The notes below the pieces were generated by a model. It did not search any database. It saw only the letters and a list, made by a program, of their open reading frames with translations, and was not told the origin of the DNA. Position numbers and translations under genes: made by a program. A stretch of DNA of 64,000 bases from Ruditapes philippinarum. Taxonomy: Eukaryota. The stretch covers positions 310,001-374,000 of the forward strand of contig NW_026852998.1 in the NCBI RefSeq assembly GCF_026571515.1, in the 5' to 3' direction. This document shows, one piece after another, positions 53,230 to 64,000 of this stretch. Numbering within the stretch: position 1 is the first letter of the stretch; every line of letters starts with the position of its first letter.

Positions 53230-54500
53230 TTAGGTGCTAGGGGGGCGTGGACGGTAACTTGCACTTTTCAGTAGGCCTACCGTCCATGAACAGGCTAAAT
53301 CAAACCGAGCCTGCAACTTTTACACTTTTTGCACGTGTTTGGCTATTCTTTAGGGATTTCTGTTTTTCACTATTTCATTGTCACATCCATGTTAGTTTTG
53401 TGCGTGTGGCGGCCTGTAAAAGTCTCCCCGTACACTTTAATCAATGATGCTTATATTTTGATCCGTTGAGATCGTTCAGCAAGACATTACTTGTTGTGTT
53501 GACATTTTTAGATTGGTATTTTTAGTTTCTTGATTTGCTTTTTTTCAATTGGGTAGGTACCAGTATTCGCTACATTAATACTGACTATAATCATTCTCTA
53601 GGATATGTTGCTGCTTTTTAAACTTTGTTCTTTTGACGTCTTGTCTGTAAGATTTGCAGGCTTCAATACCCTGAGATCCCACCTTTCAAAATTTCCTTTG
53701 ATTAGGTTCCGCCCATTTGTTTCTCGTTTAGGGCTCACGCTTTCTTATTAACTTGGGGACCTTACGCCTTTTTCATGGAATGAACCCAATTGATTGTCAC
53801 ATTGAAGGGTCATGATACCGCCGTAATGAACACATCTGCAGATGTTTCTAAATTCAAAATTTCACCATTTTTGTGATTAAATGTTGAATTCTTCTTAAGC
53901 CTGTGATAGGGGGCGTGGACGGTAACTTGCACTTTTCAGTACCGTCCATGAACAGGCTCAATCAAACCGAGCCTGCAACATTTTAAATTTTTGCCGTGTT
54001 AGGTTTTCTTTAGGGATTCTCTTTTTTCAATATTTTAGGTGTGAGAAAGGGATATGAGCTTTCAACGTGATATTCCTTCCTATGCATATTATCATATCGG
54101 CCAATGTCACATGTTTCAAACAAACAAAATCAACTTCATGGTAACTGCGCTAATTGACAGAACACACGTAGCAGAAACAACAGCTTTTTCGAATCTTTTA
54201 AAATAGTTCTTAAAATCAGAAAACTTGAAATTTATTTCAAAGTTTTTTGTAGATGAAACCAGATAAGACTTATCAAAGTTGAATAACATCTCCTAAATTT
54301 TTTTTTTAATTTACAGAAAGTCTATGCATCATACCGGGAAAAAATTGTCTGAAAACTCCAGTTTGTTCGTGACAATTCTAATACGCTTTTATGCCTGTGA
54401 ATTTTAATTAAATATACTTTCTTTAATTACATTATTGTACTTACATATTTTACGGTATAGAAAACAAAGAATTAATCAAAAACATATATAAATTAATGAT
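53230..54500 (-). pseudogene. Type D TLR-like pseudogene plus an extra TIR fragment
   Basis: KLEFSDN, FSDFKNYFKRFEK, hydrophobic CVLSISAVTMKLILFV, then the TIR module with W*NFEF and KWAEPNQRKF*K; partial TIR again at 53230-53370. Confidence 0.5.
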
Positions 54501-54564
54501 ATTTATTTGTCAAATTAACGAGTCTATGAACCTGTAGTTATTGTAATATGAAATATATTTGTTG

Positions 54565-54880
54565 ATAAAGTCAATATTTAGTTTTGCAATCATGGGGAAG
54601 TAATTCAAATGCAGCAAAAGAATTGTTTTAATGGAATCAAGTGTCCATTTACGGTAGTTTTTACTTTTGTTTTAATCAAATGTTTACGTGAATGAAACTT
54701 TGAAAGTTTGTTTTTAAGTTATTTAGTTTTCATGATAAAGAAATATAATGTGTTTGCCAGTATTTTGGTTTGAGATAGTTTGTATTACGTTACATGTTTA
54801 CAGTTACTATTGTACAGATTAATATGACAATAAAAAGCATTGAATCAAAACTCTCTTGTCTTGTTATCTATTTTCGAAAA
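54565..54880 (+). repeat. Third copy of the CELF 3'-UTR end; start of segmental duplicate 3
   Basis: Matches ~33452-33770, AATAAA at 54829-54834. Confidence 0.93.
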
Positions 54881-55079
54881 AATTCTCACTTTATCTCCTA
54901 ATAAATATATTTATATGACTGACTTTTGGCCTAATAAGAAACCTGAACTGCCCAATGTTATATGGTTCAATGTAAAGATAGGCAAGAAATAAAAGAGAGT
55001 ACACAGTTGATATACTGGATGGTCTATATCTGAGCTTGCCTGCAGGCGCTGAGAAACTTGACACCTTTGTAAGCAAAGC

Positions 55080-55410
55080 GCAGACCGGACTAACAAGTTA
55101 GGGCACACGCACTCTTTTATTTAGGGACCATACGCCGCTTTTCATTGTGTCACATTGAAGGTTCCATGATAACCGCCGTATGGACACATCTTTCTTAATA
55201 CAAAATTTCACCATTTTCATGGTTAAATGTTGAATTCTCCTTAAGCCGGTGCTGGGGCGTGGACGGTAGTTAGCACTTGACAATAGCGTTCATGAACAGG
55301 TCCAATGAAACCGAGCCTGCAACATTTTCATTTTTGCCGTTTTGGACTTTCTTCAGGGACTCCTATATTCTAAGTTAAGTTGAAGTACAATTAATATCAA
55401 TTAAAATTGC
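55080..55410 (-). pseudogene. TIR remnant, copy in duplicate 3
   Basis: Paralog of 36500-36900. Confidence 0.5.
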
Positions 55411-55416
55411 AAATGA

Positions 55417-56058
55417 AATCAAAGCACAGAAGGCGCTGAATTTGTTTGGGTCACAGAATGTCAGAAAGGTGAAGGTTGTAAGATTATAAACCAATTTGTT
55501 TTTGTATAGTGCCATCAATGCTTTCCAGCGGTTTAATTGTAGTAGATTGGCTATAAGACAAATTGCAACACTGATATTCGATCCAATGTTTATTTGACTT
55601 AAACAATTTGAAAAAAAAATAGTTGCCTTATATGGGATTTGAACTCCAGACCTCCCATTCCTTAGCGAGCGCGCTAACCCCTCGACCACGGTGGATTTAC
55701 ATATTTACGGCCTGGAGAAAACCATATTATTCTAGTTAGGGTTTGTAACGACGCTAACTGTTGTTTACCACTTGTGTAAATAATCATGGCGCTTACTATA
55801 AGCATGTATATCTATAAAGAATAAAACAATATTAGAAATATTCGACCATTCGGGAATTATTTTGCTTGAAAATTAATCCGCCTGTCATGTGACCATATTT
55901 ACGCAGTGATCTCCCCTAAATTTTTCGGCCTTAGTGTTACATATAAAGGGAAGTAACCGCTTAAAAAAAGCGGACTACTTTCGGCACTTGCAATTAACAG
56001 CATTAGAGTCTGAAATTTCGCTATCATTATTTGTTTGGTCTGACGACCCAAACAAATA
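55417..56058 (-). mobile_element. HINE-like element containing a tRNA-like segment
   Basis: Absent from paralogs at ~36900 and ~45320; IR atttgtttgggtc/gacccaaacaaat; terminal hairpins; minus-strand A/B-box-like sequence at ~55628-55692. Confidence 0.7.
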
Positions 56059-56269
56059 AAAAACGATACAACCCTGTCAAATAATCAAGGTTTTCAATCA
56101 AACGGACATTTCATTTATTGTCTGTTCGTTCATAGCTATCTCTGACTAATTTCTATAAAATCACTAGACGTTTTCTTAAATTTGAGGTATAATTTAAGCT
56201 GATAACCTCAATGTCTTACTCGGACATACGAAATAAAATTCATTCGTTAAAAGATAAAGTCAAGTATGT

Positions 56270-57290
56270 ACACATGTTTATCAACGTTTTTTTATTCTTG
56301 GTACATGGTGGTTTTAACACAGTTGAAATGTACACGCTGTAAAAAGCGTGACAATTGTTCCATTGCAACGAATATAGCAAATCGAAAATCACACATTAAT
56401 GAAATTATTTGGTCATGTATGAATTGACCTTTGATTTTCAGAACAAACAACTCCAGGTTTGAGTAAGGGATATGTGTTTTACACGTGATATTCTTTCCCA
56501 AATATAAAAATGTCAGCAAAAATATGCAAAAAGGCCAATATCACATGTTTTAGACGAACATAAATGATCTAAAAAGCAGAATACACCAAACATGACAAAA
56601 CAACTGTATGACTTATTTCAAAATTGTTAAAAAATATGATATTTCTTTCAGAAAACAATTTAATAAATTAATTATGAACTTACAAGTAATCAAATGTAAG
56701 TTAGAAACCATTGATGGAAATTCATTTCAAAATACAAGTGAAATCAGCTAATGCTTTCTTCTAAGATTAAATAACATTACTATTCCGGAATGCTAAAACC
56801 TCATTGCAGAAACAATTGCCCGAAAAGTCCAGGTTGTTTCTAACATTTTTTTTTATACTTCTAATCCGTTCAATTCCAATGCAATACGTTTCTAATAATG
56901 AATCCAAAAGAAGTCGTACCAAATTTATAACACATTTAAACTTAGATATTTTGCGGAGAAAGAATCAAAAACATTTATCAATTATACTTACTTGTATTTT
57001 CCTTGAGTGAAATAAACTAGTCAAAGAACCTAAAGAAACTTTTGCTGTAATTTTTGAGATTGTATTTTTAAAATAAAAATTAATTAGACAGTGGTTATCG
57101 GCCTTTTCTAAATCACAGAATGTGTTACAATATGTGATTGTCTGATTTGTTGTTAATATATGAACAAGTTGTAAGCAAAATAAACGAATTTTAAGAAACA
57201 AAATTAACTATGAAACATAGACTTTGTGATAAGCATGACCTGGTATCAATTGTCAATTCAAGGATTTAACCTAATTTGATCATACAAACA
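56270..57290 (-). pseudogene. Type A TLR-like pseudogene, copy 3
   Basis: NLDFSGNCFCNEVLAFRN (LRRCT-like); FAIFVAMEQL...KTTMYQE. Confidence 0.45.
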
Positions 57291-58191
57291 GCATAGTTTG
57301 AAAGCTGCACTATTTCTATACTTGTGGCGTATCTAAATTTTAGGAAAGAGAAGTCCCTTGGAAGCAATAAAAACCGCAATTGTACACCAAAAAAAAGAAC
57401 TAGCAAATTCGGTTAGATTCAGTCTGTCCACCGATTTTGAGATAAAATGATATTCATGAACCGGTTTAAACAGAATGTGCAACACAAAATGTGTCGGAAG
57501 TAACGACAGAGGAACTTCATGAAGTACCGGAGATCTTTGTACCGCTGCCATACAGCATTTTATTCCTACTTTCACGGGTATGTCATATCTTGAAAGTGGT
57601 CATCCTTCGGAATGAATGAAAACAATAAGTCGGTATCATTGCTTGAAAGATTTAACACTAAGTGATTAACATTTCTGACCATTTCGTCGGCAATCGTAAC
57701 GTTTACCATCAGAATCAAGTAAAACACATGTATACAATAAGAAACAGCACATTTATTCTTTTCGAATATTAATAGTACAATATTTGTTTGATGCATAATT
57801 GACTGTGATACATTCGTCTGAAATCGAAACTTTTCAACGTCTTTATTTGAGTCTTAAACAGTATCTTAAATATGGCATTTTAAGGTATCAATATTTAAGA
57901 AGACAATTATTGGTATTAAAAATAAGGACAATTTTTATAAATGAAATTGATAAAAGTATCATCTTTATTTCTGTCAAATTACTATCACATTATAATAACA
58001 TTTTGACAGAAAACATACAATCATACACTCAAGGCAGAACGTTTCTTATGATTATATTAAGTGTATAAACATCAAAACATCCTGAAAGACTGTTTCGAGA
58101 CATGCATTGTTTATTTCGAAAGGTACAAATTTGGATTTCAATTTAAAATTAAGATTTATTACAATATGTTTAACGTATAATTTTGGATTGT

Positions 58192-58273
58192 TTGTTTGTT
58201 TGTTTGATTGGGTTTTACGTCACATCGACACAGTATAGGTCATATCGCGACGTTCCAGCTTTACTGGTTGAGG
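58192..58273 (-). mobile_element. 5'-truncated SINE with a 13-bp target-site duplication
   Basis: (ttgt)n tail; TSD aattttggattgt (58179-58191) / aattttgtattgt (58274-58286); empty site at ~47460. Confidence 0.85.
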
Positions 58274-58789
58274 AATTTTGTATTGTAAAGAATGAGCTAT
58301 TTTAATCTTTCATAATAGATATTGTCTTTCATATTTTACAAATATTATGTATATAGTAATATTATAATAATATTACATGTGAGTACATTATAACATAAGG
58401 TAATAATACTGTATTAAATTTAAAACAGAAATAAGCTTTTGAAGCCGATTGAAAATGTACATAAACCATTTGAATAAGAATAAATAGGGCAACAAAATGA
58501 TGCTTGATGTTTAAAGTATTTTTCTTTTTCATCATAAAAACTAATGTGTTTCTGCAGATATTCTAAGGATAAAATTTCGATTTATTTTATAAAATATAAT
58601 GGTTATAAAAATTATAATAGCGTCAAAGATCTGTATGTATCATTGTACTGTTCCATAATGTACGACAGTTTCTCTTATAACATTTATCATAGCTCTATTT
58701 AACTTCGAAAAGCTGGCGTCTTCTCGATTTCTAGTTGGATGGTTTTAGAAGTTCTTCTTGAATACTATATAATCACCCATAGATTGTTG

Positions 58790-60110
58790 GTGTGTGATAT
58801 GCAGGTTTCTGATCCCCTTTCAAAAATTCATTTTACATAGTTTCGTCCATTGTTTCCTCGTTAAGGGCTATTTAGTTCTTCTATTTGGGGAGCATACGCC
58901 GCTTTTCATGGAATGGCACGGACATGTCACATTAAGGGTTCCATTATCTCCGCCGTATAAACATAATAGCGGATGTTTCTCAATTCAAACTATCACCATT
59001 TTATGCTCAAATGTAGAATTCTGCTTTAGCCGGTGCCAGGGGTCATGAACGGTAGCATGCATTTACCTCTACCGTCCAAAAACAACTTTTTCAATTTTGC
59101 CTTCTAGGGATTTTGTATTTCCCTATTGTACTTGACTTATTATTTGTAAAGTGTCATATATTTATTAGTGAAAATATAGACACATAAGATTTAAAAAAAT
59201 ACAACAACATTCCTTTTAGCTCACCTAAACGAAAACTTATGACACCAGTGAACAATCTGGCAATTTTATACATATGATCACAGCAGATATGAAATAGGTG
59301 GAATATGTAGAACAAGAATATTTGCCTCTCCTCCTGCCCCCCTTACACACACTCGGGGAGTTGTCTTGCAATATCTTGCTTGAAAATTTCTCTTAGGAGT
59401 AAATATTCTCGTAAATATTTGGACAAATTTAGCAACGCTGTTATTTTAATCCATGATTTAATTGATAAATTGCAATTTACTGATCGTTATAAGGGTATAA
59501 AGTAAACTATATAGTACAATTCATACAACTTTTGGCATCTCTTATTTTTGTTAAAATTTGAAATGCCTATGGATCGATCATCACAGCTTTAATGTTGAAT
59601 GGCGTGTGCTATGATTATAAACAACTTGTCTTATTTACATGCGCGGTAATTTATTTAAGGGTCATATATTTATTTGTAAAAATATAAACGATAACATGGG
59701 AGTTAATAAAAGTTCATCATAGCCTTCTCAAACAAATATTTCTGTCACATAAGATGTGAAACTTTATCGTACTTTTGCAGGAAATATCGAATATGACAGT
59801 AATTAATAATTCCCTGCTTTTATCAGAAAGTGTTCTATATTTGTCGCCCACTCGGGGATTATCTATGTTCTTTCTTGAACAATTCTCGTAGGAGTGTAAA
59901 GATTCTCGTAGATATTCGGACAAATTAAGCAAAACTGTCATTTCCATTGCTTATTTCCGTGATTTCATTGATGAATGGACACCGCACTGATCTCTCCCAA
60001 CAAAAGTACGAATGTAATATTACAGGAAATTAGAGGTTACTTAGATTTTAGCTGGTGATATAATGAAGAGTTTCAACTTTTACCGATGACCATTGTGGCA
60101 CTTGAAACGG
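58790..60110 (-). pseudogene. Type B TLR-like pseudogene copy 3 plus a diverged partial copy
   Basis: 58790-59480 parallels 47960-48660; 59660-60110 parallels 42960-43440 (LLNLSEY, IDNPRV). Confidence 0.5.
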
Positions 60111-61189
60111 ATCTGGCTGGAAATGACAATTTACCAAAGTAGCAAACCGTCGTTTTCGATGATTCAGAATAATCATAAAAAGAAGGAAAACAACCGATGA
60201 TTAAAAGCTTAAAACAGAATCAATTCATGCACAAAACACAAGCATAACAAGGTTTACACTATCATTTTCCGCTTAAATATCAATCATTTAAGCTTATCAA
60301 TTATAAAGTTTTGCATTAACTTGGTGTTTCGTTAAAGGTATAAAAGTGTGTATTTATAAGCTGTACCAAATAATTTATCATTTAAAAAATGCTAGATAAT
60401 TGACCTTGGTCATCTATGAAAACAAACAAAACTTATTTTCCCTTTTATGTTTATTGACTTCTAATGCTACACCAATAAATAGTGTTCAATTTTTTGCCGG
60501 TCTTGATGATACAAAATAGCTATATTAAATGTTTGTTTTTGCAAGGAAACAACAGATTTTCATCAAGGCGACAAAACTTGTTAATTCACCAAATTCAATT
60601 TCTAACTTTAATAATTTCAGCTTCTTTAAATTAAAGTTTGAGGCTACTTGACTATTTTCTTTCGTGATCCTGTATTAAATATCACTGCAAACGTTGAAAA
60701 TCAATTGTGAGAAATTCACAGATCAGAAAAACAAAGTTCTTGAAAGTAAAGTTGAAAAATGAAAACAAAATTTGAAAATAATGCCTTGATAATTATTCCT
60801 AATACATACGAATATTGTCTGTCAATACTAAATAGAGAAGAAAAAATGCTAAATATAATAATGCCGATATTTTCGTCATAATTATGTTGAGTAAGTTTGT
60901 GTTTGCTTCTTGCCGAATAAATCATATAAAAATGTGTCACTGATAAAATGACGTTGAAACTTACTGAAATGAATTGTTTGTGTTCGGTCACTAATTACAG
61001 GTCCATCAATTAAGACTTACACATCGAATCCTTGACCATTTCTTTAAAATCACCCAAACATGTCACATTAGCTAGTACAATTGTATACATGTTAGACCCT
61101 ATATATACGTTTTCGTTTTTGATATAAAATATGTGTCATTGATTCATTTACACACACAGAAAAAGAAAATCAGATTTTCCTGAATAGTT

Positions 61190-62340
61190 CTGGTCATGTA
61201 GCTTGTAATTACCACTACCGTCCATGAACAGTTTCAATAAAACCTAGCCTGCATCATTTTCAATTTTGCTGTGTTGGACTTTCTTTAAGGATTCTATTTT
61301 TCTCTATTTTCTTTTCAGATGTGAGTAAGGGATATGAGCTTTACACGTAATATCCCTTCATAATGATTGACATGTACACAAATACCAACAAATTGGCCAA
61401 CATCACGTTTCACATGGTAAAAGAACCTTACAGCAAATGTGTTGACTAACGTGCAGTTAACTTCAAGCAGAAGATACAACTGTTCGAGTCTTTTTTCTTT
61501 CTTTAAATGATAACGAACATTACGAATTAATCTGATGTTATTGAATAGATAAATAAATTATAATAATAACAATAAATAATACTGAGGTAAAAAAGCTTAA
61601 AACATAAAATTTGAAAATCTTTTACATAAATCAGTGAGGCATTAAAACAGAAAAATATGGAAAATATAATAAAGATTTATCCTTAGAATTAAATTGAAAA
61701 TCGACATTTACTGATGCTCCTCGTAGCTCGATTTGAAACACATCGTATAAGATTAAAAAGAGAAAAGAAATGATTGAGCACATCTTCAAAAAAGCCTTTA
61801 CTGAATTGTTTGTATTTTTTCTAGAATTTGAATATATGCAGTAGAATCAATCGGGCGACACAATTATGTTCAAAGATGCTTTAATCATCAAAACTCCTAG
61901 CAGAGATCCTGGCAAATAAACATAAAGTTTATAATTCAAACATGTCTCATCTAATTATATTAATAAAATCGTTAACTGGTTATATTAAACAACACTACAA
62001 TTCTTTTCGTTCCATTGTTATAAAAATTGTATGAGGATAGATGCATTCCTATCAACTTCATAAATCTGTTTACAATGTAATAACAAGAAAAATTTTTAAA
62101 ATTCCGATTTTTTTGTTGCTCGTTTTGGGCTCTTTTTTTAAAACTTTTTGGGATTTTTTGTTAAGTGTCTATATTTTTTATTGGGAAAATTTATTAAAAA
62201 TTTTAAACAGTACAAACCAGGTGCAAAAAGATACAACCAATATTATTTCAAAAATTTTTCCCTTTTTGCACCAAAACATTCGATCAAAAACTTCATAAAT
62301 ATTTTCGAAAATTGAAATTTTTAAATATAAAAATTCTCTA
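61190..62340 (-). pseudogene. Type C TLR-like pseudogene, copy 2
   Basis: Paralog of 50845-52285. Confidence 0.38.
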
Positions 62341-62371
62341 TGTATCATAGAAATATAAAATATTAATATTT

Positions 62372-63240
62372 AATAACACAGGGGGTTTGTGGGTAACATA
62401 AAATACATCCCGGGAAAAAAATCGTCCCCCGGGGGAAACCAAAATTTTTTTATTTACCCCCCGGAAAACCCAAAAAACTGTGATGATCTGAATTTGTAAA
62501 CTAAATATAATTGTAACAAAAATAAAACAAGAGTAGCAATAACTAAACTGTCTTTACCGTGCAAGTTTTAAGTGTATAGTAGGCCTATTTGAGAAGCTGT
62601 TTTTTTAATTTTATTCTTTAAGCAAGTGATGATATCTACCAGTCATAAACATACAATAAGCTGTGTTTTATTTAGAAAACAAAACACTAACCCATTTATA
62701 AGGTTATGATCTGTGAAATCTGATCCTTCTGTATCCAGAATATTCTTCGCATGGTTTTTGACAAAGTGAATTTACAAAATAACGATGATATCCTACAGAT
62801 GTCTGTCCACCAACTATATCGGTTAAAATTGCTAAATAATCCTTTTGTTGCATGCTTTAATCGTCTGCATGTTCCAGTTTGACATACAATTATTCACATT
62901 ACAATTACTTCCATTAAAAAAGGAAGCTTACTTTTTGACTATTTAACAAAAAGATATTTTATACGCGAAAAGAACTCTAGGATGTAAAGAACTAAATTTT
63001 ATGAGAGTCATAGTTACTTTGGTGATGCTCTAGGCCCTATCGTCGAAAATAAGAATGAATCGAGAGAAAAATGGCGGCCATTTTATTTCATTTTTTTTTT
63101 TTAGAAAATAGACCACGTGACAAGATTTTATACAGTACACAATTCTTAGTCACGTGGTACACTTGCATTTACAGTAAAAATAACTTCCAGAGGCCTATGG
63201 GAAATTAGCATTACGAAAAAAGTGAGGGGTAATAATAAAT
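62372..63240. mobile_element. Probable palindromic non-autonomous insertion (5' part low quality)
   Basis: Sequence absent from the paralog between ~52860 and 52872; ends gaggggtaataataaa. Confidence 0.45.
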
Positions 63241-64000
63241 AATAATGCCCTGTTTATGTTAGAATGTGTACTATATTTGTCATACACTCGGAGATTATCG
63301 TGCCTCTCTTTCTTGAAGGAATATTAACATTGTCGTAAAAATTCCGATGAATTAAGATGTCATTTTGATCACCTATCTCCATGATACAATTAGGTAGTTA
63401 TCTCAAGGATACAAAAGAAAAACAATTAAAGCAAAAAAAAGAAATTTGTGGGGGGAAAAAAAAAAGGTTTTAAAAAACCTTTTTGGAATATAATAAAAAA
63501 GAAAAATGTTGAAATTAAAAGGGGGTTGGGTGAAAAAGACTTGCAAATCTTACCGCTAACCATTGCGACACTTGAAAAAAAATATCTTTCTTTTTGCCAT
63601 TATAGAAAATGAAAATTGGTAATGGGAGTAGTAAAGAAGGAAAGTAAAAGTTATACAAAATAAAAAGGAATAATGGTACTCACTCACTCACCTTTCGTTT
63701 GAAATCAACAACTTTAGGTGTGAGAAAGGGATATATATGAGCTTTCAACGTGATATTCCTTCCTATGTCACATGTTTCAAACAAACAAAATCAACTTTAT
63801 AGTAACTGTGCTAATTGACAGATCACATGGAACAACAGCTGTTTCAAATCTTTTAAAATAGTTCTTAAAATCAGAAAACTTGAATGTAAGTAAATAACCA
63901 AGGATGGAAATTCTTTTCAAAGTTTTTTATGCAGACCAAGTAAAAGAAACCATACTACTCATCCAAAAATGAATAACATCTCCTAAATTTACATTTTTTA

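Noticed and set aside
53190-53235. Minus-strand donor-like gtgagtgagtgagt (also ~63680)
   Set aside because: No supportable partner exon; probably a short (actc)n repeat.

Overview
AT-rich animal genomic DNA, most likely a bivalve mollusc (inferred from the repeat families). The first ~34 kb hold the 3' two-thirds of a + strand CELF1/2-type (Bruno/CUGBP) RNA-binding protein gene. Twelve coding exons run from RRM2 through the linker to RRM3 and the stop at 23949; the RRM1 exons lie upstream of the window. The linker is built from frame-preserving phase-1 exons, including a 363-nt Asn/Met/Gly/Gln prion-like exon. A probable 3'-UTR intron with two competing donors leads to a probable ~6.5-kb terminal UTR exon. 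From ~33 kb to the end are three ~10-kb tandem segmental duplicates, each beginning with a copy of the CELF 3'-UTR end and poly(A) signal. By manual three-frame translation they carry many heavily decayed Toll-like receptor (LRR-TM-TIR) pseudogenes, mostly on the - strand; no ORF in the track shows these. Helentron-type non-autonomous elements with internal tandem arrays, palindromic MITEs, SINEs, a LINE 3' fragment and two minisatellites are scattered throughout. All calls were made by eye; no searches were run.
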